Part shown: positions 27,101 to 33,239 of the stretch, piece after piece
Layout of the letters: each line of letters starts with the position of its first letter
Position numbering within the stretch: position 1 is the stretch's first letter
Assembly (NCBI GenBank): GCA_046070715.1
Contig: JBJTMW010000164.1
Location: 1 to 33,239, forward strand
Source of the DNA: Aquirufa sp.
GTDB taxonomy: Bacteria > Bacteroidota > Bacteroidia > Cytophagales > Spirosomataceae
Reading direction: 5' to 3'
Length of the DNA: 33,239 nucleotides
The notes under the pieces: model-generated
Told to the model about the DNA's origin: nothing
Database searches by the model: none
What the model saw: the letters and a program-made list of their open reading frames with translations, nothing else
Translations under genes and position numbers: made by a program

Positions 27101-27212
27101 GGTATTGAATACGGTGATTTTCTGAAATCCATTGCGATCCTTGCGCTTTGAGCTCTTGCAGGCCAAAGAGTAGGACGAATACAACCGCGAAAAAGGATCT
27201 ACAAATGCGCAT
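24195..27212 (-). CDS. Large outer-membrane protein: peptidase-MA-like N-domain + TolB/WD40-like propeller + Omp85-like beta-barrel
   Basis: Signal peptide from ATG 27212 (MRICRSFF...LKA). SSNFEVYY...WYVSGLTAY region, LSPDG and MSANG propeller blades, PLRGF and FTDVGTAW Omp85 motifs, terminal beta-signal YLTLGYDF. Confidence 0.75.
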   Translation of the reverse strand: MRICRSFFAVVFVLLFGLQELKAQGSQWISENHRIQYQKFAWKYVGSSNFEVYYLDKNEALAKSTLAYLETDFVRVTELISYTPVQKIKVFIYPNHETWLQSNGGISLANSKDVEEENLSKFRIEIAFRDNLATFKQALTKQVAAIYLHDLLYGGSVKDVLQSSFLLNVSEWYVSGLTAYIAVGDSPEMRRFTYQIISENKIRKLPLAKGKEAELLGQSIWTYLAATYGKQAIGNIVNLTRIIRSEQSSISSTIRKPFSKFLKDWFDYYLNDAKQLEVNSQKVFSNDEFTATSATMNSYRLSPDGLHEVWVSDDAGRFSVYLHTIGAPKSTLILQSGLKDVNRVSDGKGPLLSWYGKNSLAVLFSDQGYTWIKQFTVDKAGKAKGDDKKKVANLSYLDLEMSANGTKMLVRVLEKGQVDVGIYDLKRNRLNPVTKDAFDETEAHWMSDNRILYLTDRYIDSLPAPAAPFTSAFIWSPEEPENPTRLFSTSGKVFNFQFRSDSVAYFLQAQNNGNRLIRLHLPDTTFQQMALRSVAWENFELAPAGISSRERMILADKIARYTWSSLDELTNSAWIPSIVDPVVVSTVDPVVTESTDVAKKTRRARLERQQSIRLKKEPGKLIGPLDYENSFVMNSSEGQFKSDPIRGLGYGYEVKANDLLENHLFKAGAFLTANLRNTDIWGEYSYLANKLDWTFRYDRKVLAQDTESDAQKIRFNRFALSATYPFTLLSRLSVTGMYSTNRLFSQYSLTNPEDYSGYAGTQINYVFDNTVAAGENLRTGMRLSFLAEAHKDLVNTGDFVRLGVDARYYKKLSNSFYLATRFSASHQMGSKTQATMLGGMENWLFNKQETRTQDSPVGLGNLAHRDVFMSQFAAPLRGFALNKLSGNSHLLLNVELRMPIKSLMTIESSSLLNSVQLVGFTDVGTAWSGSSPFAKTNGFNTNVYGGNTNPFQATVTDYRNPFLVGYGFGARATVFGYFVKFDYAFGLENKEVKSPVTYLTLGYDF

Positions 27213-27233
27213 TAGGTCAAAAGACTTTAAAAC

Positions 27234-27241
27234 CAAATTTA
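27234..27241 (-). promoter_or_regulatory. -7 element TAAATTTG: internal promoter for the Omp85-like gene, cotH and proA
   Basis: Exact TAnnTTTG match in the 34-bp gap, 21 nt upstream of ATG 27212. Confidence 0.55.
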
Positions 27242-27246
27242 CAGAT

Positions 27247-28221
27247 TTAAACGGAAAATAAATGATAAAATCGACGAATTGATGCTTCCAGATGAACAGC
27301 GGATTTACCGAGGATTTCGTCGGTCCATTGTTTGGCAAAATAAGGGCTCAAAGAAACCCCTTTGGAACCAAATCCATTGAAAATTCCTGCTTCCTCCTGC
27401 GAATGAAATCCCACAAATGGACGGCGATCCTGAGTGGCGGGTCTAATACCCGTTTTTTGCTGAATCAATTCAAATTCGTTTACCCCCATCGTGGCTAATT
27501 TATTGGTTAATTCCACTAAGGCTTCCGGAGTCGTCTCGTTCGTAAACTCCTTCCAACCATAGGTCGCTCCCACCTTAAAATGCGTGGAACCCAGCGGCAC
27601 TACAAAGCCATTTTTATTCAAAATATAGTCCTCAGATGGCTCATCGGTGCGAATCTCCATCAACTCTCCTTTAGCCGGCAAGAATGGCAAACGAGACCAA
27701 AGCGGATTTTGCTGCCCATGAAATCCCTCACAAAAGATCGCTTGATTTCCGGTGTACTCCATCTCTTTCAGCAAGCCTTTAGCCGCAAAATAGGCGCGTG
27801 AAGCCCGCAATAACGAGGGGACATCTACCCAGCCAGCCTGTTTCACCCAAACGCCGGTTGATTCCCAACGCAAATAATCATGGTGAATCTGGTCTTTGCG
27901 CGCCTCGAGCCAGTTCTTCATTTCCTCATTAGCAAAAGGACGAAAAAGGGGCATTGGATAAAAGAATCGCATTTCCAGCGTTTCCTCTAAACGCGGATAA
28001 AAATCAAATAGATAGGGGAATAATTCGTCCGCAAGCCAAGTTTGCTCTAATTTCCGACCCGTCACCGGATTGAAAATGCCGCCTGCAGCTTGCGAAGAAT
28101 TAAAATGGGTGGCCGGTGAATCCCAAATCTCAAAAGGGATAGCTGCCTCCAGAAAATGGTGTGCTAAAATGGTGCCAGCCAGACCCTGGCCTACAATAAT
28201 AAAAGGATTAGCGCTTTTCAC
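27247..28221 (-). CDS. FAD-dependent oxidoreductase, D-amino-acid/glycine oxidase family
   Basis: IIVGQGLAG Rossmann motif, SSQAAGG, PAKGE, GIRPATQDRRPFVG and NGFGSKG; GTG start. Confidence 0.88.
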   Translation of the reverse strand: MKSANPFIIVGQGLAGTILAHHFLEAAIPFEIWDSPATHFNSSQAAGGIFNPVTGRKLEQTWLADELFPYLFDFYPRLEETLEMRFFYPMPLFRPFANEEMKNWLEARKDQIHHDYLRWESTGVWVKQAGWVDVPSLLRASRAYFAAKGLLKEMEYTGNQAIFCEGFHGQQNPLWSRLPFLPAKGELMEIRTDEPSEDYILNKNGFVVPLGSTHFKVGATYGWKEFTNETTPEALVELTNKLATMGVNEFELIQQKTGIRPATQDRRPFVGFHSQEEAGIFNGFGSKGVSLSPYFAKQWTDEILGKSAVHLEASIRRFYHLFSV

Positions 28222-28894
28222 CTTGCACGCGACGAACGTGATCTAACACAAACTCGACTTGCTCATCCATCGTTCTGTACGATGTATCTAAATCAATCGC
28301 ATCGGCCGCACGCTTTAACGGACCCTCTGAACGATTCGAATCTATCTCATCACGCTTCCGTAAGTTCTCAATTATGTCTTCTAAAGGGAGATCTTCCCCT
28401 TTTTGCAAAAGCTCTAATTTCCGGCGTTGAGCCCGAATGTGAGGCTCCGCCGTCATAAATATTTTTAATTCGGCTTGTGGAAAAACCACAGTCCCTATGT
28501 CACGGCCATCCATCACAATGCCTTTCTTCTCTCCCATTCGCTGTTGCTGAGCAACCATCGCGTGTCTCACATCTGGTATAGCGGCCACTTGACTCACTAA
28601 ATCTGAGATATACATTTTGCGAATCTCCGCTTCCACATTCTCTCCATTCAAAATAGTATCAGACGCCTGCTTCGAGGGATTGAATTGGAAGGTAATCTCC
28701 ACGTGTTTCAACGCCTCTTTCACGGCTTGTAAATCGGCTAAATCCACTTGCTGACGGTAAAAATAAAGCGCCACCGCGCGGTACATCGCTCCTGTATCTA
28801 AGAAAGCATAATGCAGTGAAGCAGCCACGTGACGCGCTGTCGTACTTTTTCCACAAGAAGAAAAGCCATCTAAGGCAATGATAATATCAGACAT
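28208..28894 (-). CDS. cmk: Cytidylate kinase
   Basis: IALDGFSSCGKST, DTGAMYRA and VMDGRDIGTVVFP. Confidence 0.97.
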   Translation of the reverse strand: MSDIIIALDGFSSCGKSTTARHVAASLHYAFLDTGAMYRAVALYFYRQQVDLADLQAVKEALKHVEITFQFNPSKQASDTILNGENVEAEIRKMYISDLVSQVAAIPDVRHAMVAQQQRMGEKKGIVMDGRDIGTVVFPQAELKIFMTAEPHIRAQRRKLELLQKGEDLPLEDIIENLRKRDEIDSNRSEGPLKRAADAIDLDTSYRTMDEQVEFVLDHVRRVQGEKR

Positions 28895-29579
28895 AGATAA
28901 ATTGATTTATCGCCTCAGCCACCGCATCTGGCGCTTCGTAGGTTCCTTGGTGACCTACATTGGGCAAAATTACAACTGATTTCTTTACAAAACGAGTAAT
29001 CGACTCCGGAGATATCAAGGCATCCTTCTCTCCCAGTATAAAGAGAAAAGGAATTTCAGTCGTTTGGACAAAAGTGGTAAAATCGAGGCGATCGCGCATC
29101 GCTTTGGAGGCAGCGATTAAACCGGCAGCGGGTAAATTTCGGTATCTTTCTGCTAAGGTAGCCAGAAGATCTTCAGATGCAGAAGCAAATAAATTAGGCA
29201 GGAAAGGACCTATAAAAAATCCAGTTCCCTTTTTATCGAGCAGATCTGCTGTTCGATCCCGGTTGATTTTCTTCTCCTCTGTATCAGCCACAAAAGTGGA
29301 ATGTAACATCACCACTTGCTGGATTCGCTCTGGAAATTGAGACGCCATTTCTAAAGCGATATATCCACCCATCGAATGACCCACTAAGATAAATTGACTA
29401 TCAGAGGGCAAGAATGAAACAATTTTGCGAGCATAATCGGCTAACGTGGCACAATCCGTCCATTCCGCATAAGCGGGACAAATAGCAGAAAATGAAAAAG
29501 TATGAAAAGGCAAAAAGTCTTCCCATACTCTTTCATCTTCACCAAAACCGTGCAAAAATACGAGCTGCGTAGCTGGCAT
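28887..29579 (-). CDS. Alpha/beta-fold hydrolase
   Basis: FLHGFGE oxyanion motif, GHSMGG nucleophile elbow, GEKD and VGH triad residues. Confidence 0.9.
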   Translation of the reverse strand: MPATQLVFLHGFGEDERVWEDFLPFHTFSFSAICPAYAEWTDCATLADYARKIVSFLPSDSQFILVGHSMGGYIALEMASQFPERIQQVVMLHSTFVADTEEKKINRDRTADLLDKKGTGFFIGPFLPNLFASASEDLLATLAERYRNLPAAGLIAASKAMRDRLDFTTFVQTTEIPFLFILGEKDALISPESITRFVKKSVVILPNVGHQGTYEAPDAVAEAINQFIYV

Positions 29580-29580
29580 A

Positions 29581-30825
29581 TTAAGCGACCACTTTCATTT
29601 GATGGAAAACCGTTTTTTCGAACTTCGCCTTCGCATAATTCAAATCCACCTCAAAGCTCTTCATTTCCGACTGCGACGGAATTTCATACATTGCATCGAT
29701 CATGACCGCCTCCATGATGGATCGCAAACCACGAGCCCCTAACTTGAATTGCATCGCTTGTTCCACCATGTACACTAAAGCGTCATGTTGGAAGGTTAAC
29801 GCGACTCCTTCCATCTCGAAAAGCTTCTCGTATTGCTTCACAAGCGCATTTTTAGGCTCCGTCAAGATTGATAACAAGGCCTTCGTGTCCAATGGATTCA
29901 AATACGTCACTACCGGAAGACGACCTAATAATTCAGGAATTAAGCCAAACGATTTCAAATCCTGAGCCGTCACATACTTCATGATCTGGTCCTTCTCGAA
30001 TGATTCATGGAAAGTATCATCTCCAGAGAAGCCGATCGGACGGGAGTTTAGCCGTTTCGCGATGTGGCGACCGATGCCATCGAAGGCGCCACCACAGATG
30101 AACAAGATGTTCTCGGTGTTGACGGCGATCATTTTTTGGTCCGGATGCTTACGCCCTCCTTGAGGCGGTACGTTCACAATGGATCCTTCTAATAATTTCA
30201 AGAGCGCTTGTTGTACTCCTTCACCCGAGACATCACGCGTGATGGACGGATTATCTGATTTACGCGCAATTTTATCAATTTCATCGATGAAAACGATCCC
30301 GCATTCGGCCTTTTCCACGTCATAATTGGCTGCTTGCAAAAGTCGTGTCAAAATCGTTTCCACATCCTCTCCCACATAACCCGCCTCCGTAATCACGGTC
30401 GCATCGGCAATACAGAAGGGGACTTGTAATTTTTGGGCCAAAGTCCGAGCCAAATACGTTTTTCCCGTACCCGTCTCTCCTACCATCAGGATATTCGACT
30501 TTTCGATTTTCACATCATCCGCAGAAGGAGCCTGCATCAAACGCTTGTAGTGATTATATACCGCTACCGACAAATGTTTTTTCGCCTCTTCTTGACCGAT
30601 AACATAGCCATCCAGGTATTCTTTTAAATCCTTGGGTTTCACTAATTCAAAGGAATGCTTCGCCCCAGCTTTCGCTGCAGCAGCCACCCCCATCTCCTCT
30701 TTCACCACCTCGTATCCTTGCGTTAAGCAATTATTACAAATGTGGCCCTCAATCCCCGAAAGCAATAAACCTACCTCGTTTTTAGGACGACCGCAGAAAG
30801 AACAACTTGTTTTTTTACTAGCCAC
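29581..30825 (-). CDS. clpX: ATP-dependent Clp protease ATP-binding subunit ClpX
   Basis: CSFC...CNNC zinc finger, [22 protein letters not shown] loop and GARGLR; GTG start overlaps the clpP stop. Confidence 0.98.
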   Translation of the reverse strand: MASKKTSCSFCGRPKNEVGLLLSGIEGHICNNCLTQGYEVVKEEMGVAAAAKAGAKHSFELVKPKDLKEYLDGYVIGQEEAKKHLSVAVYNHYKRLMQAPSADDVKIEKSNILMVGETGTGKTYLARTLAQKLQVPFCIADATVITEAGYVGEDVETILTRLLQAANYDVEKAECGIVFIDEIDKIARKSDNPSITRDVSGEGVQQALLKLLEGSIVNVPPQGGRKHPDQKMIAVNTENILFICGGAFDGIGRHIAKRLNSRPIGFSGDDTFHESFEKDQIMKYVTAQDLKSFGLIPELLGRLPVVTYLNPLDTKALLSILTEPKNALVKQYEKLFEMEGVALTFQHDALVYMVEQAMQFKLGARGLRSIMEAVMIDAMYEIPSQSEMKSFEVDLNYAKAKFEKTVFHQMKVVA

Positions 30826-31541
30826 TAGACAGTTCTCGTTAAAATCTCATCAATTAAACCATATTCCTTCGCCTCAGCCGCTTTCATCCAATAATCGCGA
30901 TCCGAATCGCGCTCGATATCTTCGAATGATTTACCAGAGTGCTTCGCTAAGATTTCGTATAATTCTTGGCGAATTTTAACGATTTCACGTGCGGTAATTT
31001 CAATGTCACGCGATTGTCCTTGTGCTCCGCCTGAAGGCTGGTGAATCATCACACGAGCGTGCTCTAAAGCAGAACGCTTTCCTGCTGCACCACCGGCTAA
31101 AAGAACAGCACCCATCGAAGCTGCTAGCGAAGTACAAACCGTAGCTACTTCAGGACGAATGTAATTCATCGTATCGTAGATCCCTAAACCGGCGTAAACA
31201 GATCCGCCTGGGCTATTGATGTACATCACAATGTCTTTTTTGGCATCCGTAGACTCCATAAACAGCAATTGCGCGACAATGATATTGGCCATATAATCAT
31301 CTACCGGAACACCCATAAAGATGATACGGTCCATGATCAAACGAGAGAATACATCGATTTGAGCGAAACGCATCGGGCGCTCCTCAATGATGTATTGTGT
31401 CATATCTTCGATTTGGTGCATCGGACGACTGCCGATGTTATTCATATATTGATCAACCGCAAGACCGTTCAAACCTCTGTGGTGAACTGCGTACTTACGA
31501 AACTCTTCTGATGATAACTCCTTTGGATACATAGATTTCAA
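30825..31541 (-). CDS. clpP: ATP-dependent Clp protease proteolytic subunit (start 31541 or 31532)
   Basis: [20 protein letters not shown] (Ser), MIHQP (His) and DRDYWM (Asp). Confidence 0.98.
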   Translation of the reverse strand: MKSMYPKELSSEEFRKYAVHHRGLNGLAVDQYMNNIGSRPMHQIEDMTQYIIEERPMRFAQIDVFSRLIMDRIIFMGVPVDDYMANIIVAQLLFMESTDAKKDIVMYINSPGGSVYAGLGIYDTMNYIRPEVATVCTSLAASMGAVLLAGGAAGKRSALEHARVMIHQPSGGAQGQSRDIEITAREIVKIRQELYEILAKHSGKSFEDIERDSDRDYWMKAAEAKEYGLIDEILTRTV

Positions 31542-31615
31542 TGTTTAAAAATCAAATTTAGACTTTTTTAGAATTTATACTACCTAGAACACAAATATAA
31601 GAACCTTTGTTCACA

Positions 31616-31642
31616 GAAAACCCCGCAATGTGCGGGGCTTTC
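31616..31642 (-). terminator. Intrinsic terminator after tig
   Basis: Minus strand GAAAGCCCCGCA-CAT-TGCGGGGTTTTC. A -7 match TATATTTG (31592-31599) follows and may be the clpP promoter. Confidence 0.75.
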
Positions 31643-31667
31643 AAAAAATATCAGGACAATGTTAAAA

Positions 31668-33008
31668 TTAAAGCGCCGCAGCGATTTCTTTAAACTTGTC
31701 TACATCGATTTTCGTCACTTTGTGAGGAACATTCGCCACGATCGCAGCAGATACTTTGTCTGCGAAAGCTTGGTTGTATAAGTTCATGAAATTATCTGAC
31801 TTCGACTTGTCGCTCAAGTAACCCATCGCGATTTTCTCAATCATTTCTTCAATGCCTGGCTCGTTAGACGACAAATAACCGCCAAACTGGGCACGTACCA
31901 TATCTTTTGCTTTCTCTACTACCTCTGGATATTCTACTTTCACGTCAAATTTCTCCGCGATTTCGTTCTTGATTAAGTTCCAACGCATATCTTTCTTCAC
32001 ATTGTCAAAATCTTGATCGATTTGCTCTGCCGTGAATTTACCTTCGTTGATACGGATCAACCAAGTGCGTAAGAATTTCTCTGGTAAGTCAATTTTAACT
32101 GCGTCTAATATCGCTTTCTCAGCATCAATACGCAATAAGTATTCCGCCTCACGCTTGTAGTTCTCTGTTACGATTGTTTCTACTTGCTCGCGGAATGATT
32201 TCTCATCTGTCGCTTTTCCAGCCCCTAATACTTTGTCAAAAAACGCCACATTTAATTCCGATGGCACTTGACGCGTAATATCTTCTACTACGAATGAAAC
32301 TTCTCCTTTCAAATCAGCCACTTCGTCTTCTTTCTTTCCAGTCGCTAAAGCTAATGCCTTCGCATCTACGAACACTTTATCAATCGCAAATTTCAAGGTA
32401 TCGTCTTTTTTCGCACCGATGAAAACCTTTTTTGATTTGTCATTGATCGCGTGCATTGGAATCGCAGATTTCTCTACCCAATCACCTTGAGTGAAAGTTC
32501 CGAAAACTAAATCGCGGTCTTCTACTGAATCTGGATGTGTTTGATCACCAAATTGCTTCTTCAAGTTTTCAATCGTTTCTTCGATTTCTTTCTTGTCAGC
32601 TTTAATTTCGTAGGAGTTGATTGATTTGATTTTGGCCAAATCCACCGTAAAATCTCCGTGGAAACCTAAATCATAGTGGAACGTAAATTCCGTATCTTTT
32701 TCCCAGTCGATCGCATCTGCCTCTTCTACTGCTGGCAAAGGCTCTCCCACTAGGTTCAATTTGTTTTCCTTGATGTAATCAGAAACGGCGTGACCTAACA
32801 AATGATTGATTTCGTCCACTAGCGCAGATTGACCATATAATTTCTTCACAAGAGCCGCAGGAACCATACCCGGACGGAATCCTTTGATAGACGCCTTTTT
32901 GCGATAATCCTTCAATTTAGCCTCTACTTTTTCCGCATAGTCTGCTGGTGAAACTGCCACGGTCAAACGACCTTCTAAATCTCCTGCCTTGTTAAGTGAA
33001 ATGTTCAT
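31668..33008 (-). CDS. tig: Trigger factor
   Basis: Ribosome-binding signature IKGFRPGMVP; position upstream of clpPX. Confidence 0.96.
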   Translation of the reverse strand: MNISLNKAGDLEGRLTVAVSPADYAEKVEAKLKDYRKKASIKGFRPGMVPAALVKKLYGQSALVDEINHLLGHAVSDYIKENKLNLVGEPLPAVEEADAIDWEKDTEFTFHYDLGFHGDFTVDLAKIKSINSYEIKADKKEIEETIENLKKQFGDQTHPDSVEDRDLVFGTFTQGDWVEKSAIPMHAINDKSKKVFIGAKKDDTLKFAIDKVFVDAKALALATGKKEDEVADLKGEVSFVVEDITRQVPSELNVAFFDKVLGAGKATDEKSFREQVETIVTENYKREAEYLLRIDAEKAILDAVKIDLPEKFLRTWLIRINEGKFTAEQIDQDFDNVKKDMRWNLIKNEIAEKFDVKVEYPEVVEKAKDMVRAQFGGYLSSNEPGIEEMIEKIAMGYLSDKSKSDNFMNLYNQAFADKVSAAIVANVPHKVTKIDVDKFKEIAAAL

Positions 33009-33033
33009 TTGTTGTTATTTATAATTAGCCTTT

Positions 33034-33072
33034 AAAATAAAACCCTCAAAACCTTTTTGGTGTTGAGGGCTT
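33034..33072 (-). terminator. Terminator-like hairpin between tRNA-Leu and tig
   Basis: Minus strand AAGCCCTCAACACC-AAAAA-GGTTTTGAGGGTTT followed by TATTTT. Confidence 0.55.
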
Positions 33073-33077
33073 GCCAT

Positions 33078-33162
33078 TGGTACGGGTGAAGGGACTCGAA
33101 CCCCCATGCCTCGCGGCGCCAGATCCTAAGTCTGGTATGTCTACCAATTCCACCACACCCGC
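33078..33162 (-). tRNA. tRNA-Leu (anticodon TAG), CCA encoded
   Basis: GCGGGTG acceptor stem, TGGTGGAATTGGTAGAC D-arm, CCAGA-CTTAGGA-TCTGG anticodon arm, long variable arm, GGTTCGAGTCC T-loop, ...CACCCGTACCA. Confidence 0.97.
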
Positions 33163-33175
33163 GTAATTTGGAGTG

Positions 33176-33206
33176 CAAAGGTAGTCAGCAATTTTAAAAA
33201 TTCAAA
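33176..33206 (-). promoter_or_regulatory. Consensus Bacteroidota promoter TTTG-N19-TACCTTTG for tRNA-Leu/tig
   Basis: TTTG at 33203-33206 and TACCTTTG at 33176-33183 on the minus strand. Confidence 0.75.
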
Positions 33207-33239
33207 AGCTTTTAAATATAAATATTGGATTAACTTTGG

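Noticed and set aside
27213-27338. 42-aa N-terminal extension of the Omp85-like ORF (and similar upstream starts for MOSC, ABC and dnaX)
   Set aside because: The extensions overlap the neighbouring gene or promoter. Downstream ATGs give a proper signal peptide or the conserved N-terminus.
27247-28221. Assigning thiO, dadA or mnmC to the FAD oxidoreductase
   Set aside because: Only family-level DAO motifs are visible; no context supports a specific function.
33009-33100. tRNA 3' end as an integration site for an island or prophage
   Set aside because: Directly followed by tig; no integrase and no duplicated tRNA 3' end seen in the window.

Overview
Densely packed, mostly core-genome window from a Bacteroidota bacterium. 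The lineage call rests on TAnnTTTG/TTTG promoter motifs, few Shine-Dalgarno sequences at gene starts, a T9SS-type C-terminal domain and the nusB-ytxH-DUF1573-yajC-coaE gene order. It is probably Cytophagales, and the compact spacing suggests a streamlined Aquirufa-like genome (inference). It holds about 31 CDSs and one tRNA-Leu(TAG). I found no mobile elements, CRISPR arrays or rRNA. Main blocks: (1) PLP-dependent BioF-like enzyme plus class-A-like serine hydrolase, converging on lgt; (2) PepSY-like repeat lipoprotein; (3) an exported NIPSNAP / PVC-type haem-c dehydrogenase / Tat TIM-barrel cluster followed by an ArsR regulator; (4) MOSC-membrane protein-MFS operon, an orphan TolC and an ABC exporter; (5) nusB...coaE-dnaX; (6) a long minus-strand run: tRNA-Leu, tig, clpP, clpX, hydrolase, cmk, FAD oxidoreductase, Omp85-like protein, CotH, proA. 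The strongest observation is an apparently complete E. coli-type -1 ribosomal frameshift cassette inside dnaX: GGAGG, 10 nt, in-frame A_AAA_AAG, an immediate -1 stop and a 3' hairpin. It predicts a 384-aa gamma and a 597-aa tau subunit in a phylum that largely ignores SD sequences for initiation. The same gene also looks leaderless. Other candidates are a pseudo-peptidase/beta-propeller/Omp85 protein next to a T9SS CotH kinase, and a putative periplasmic redox module.
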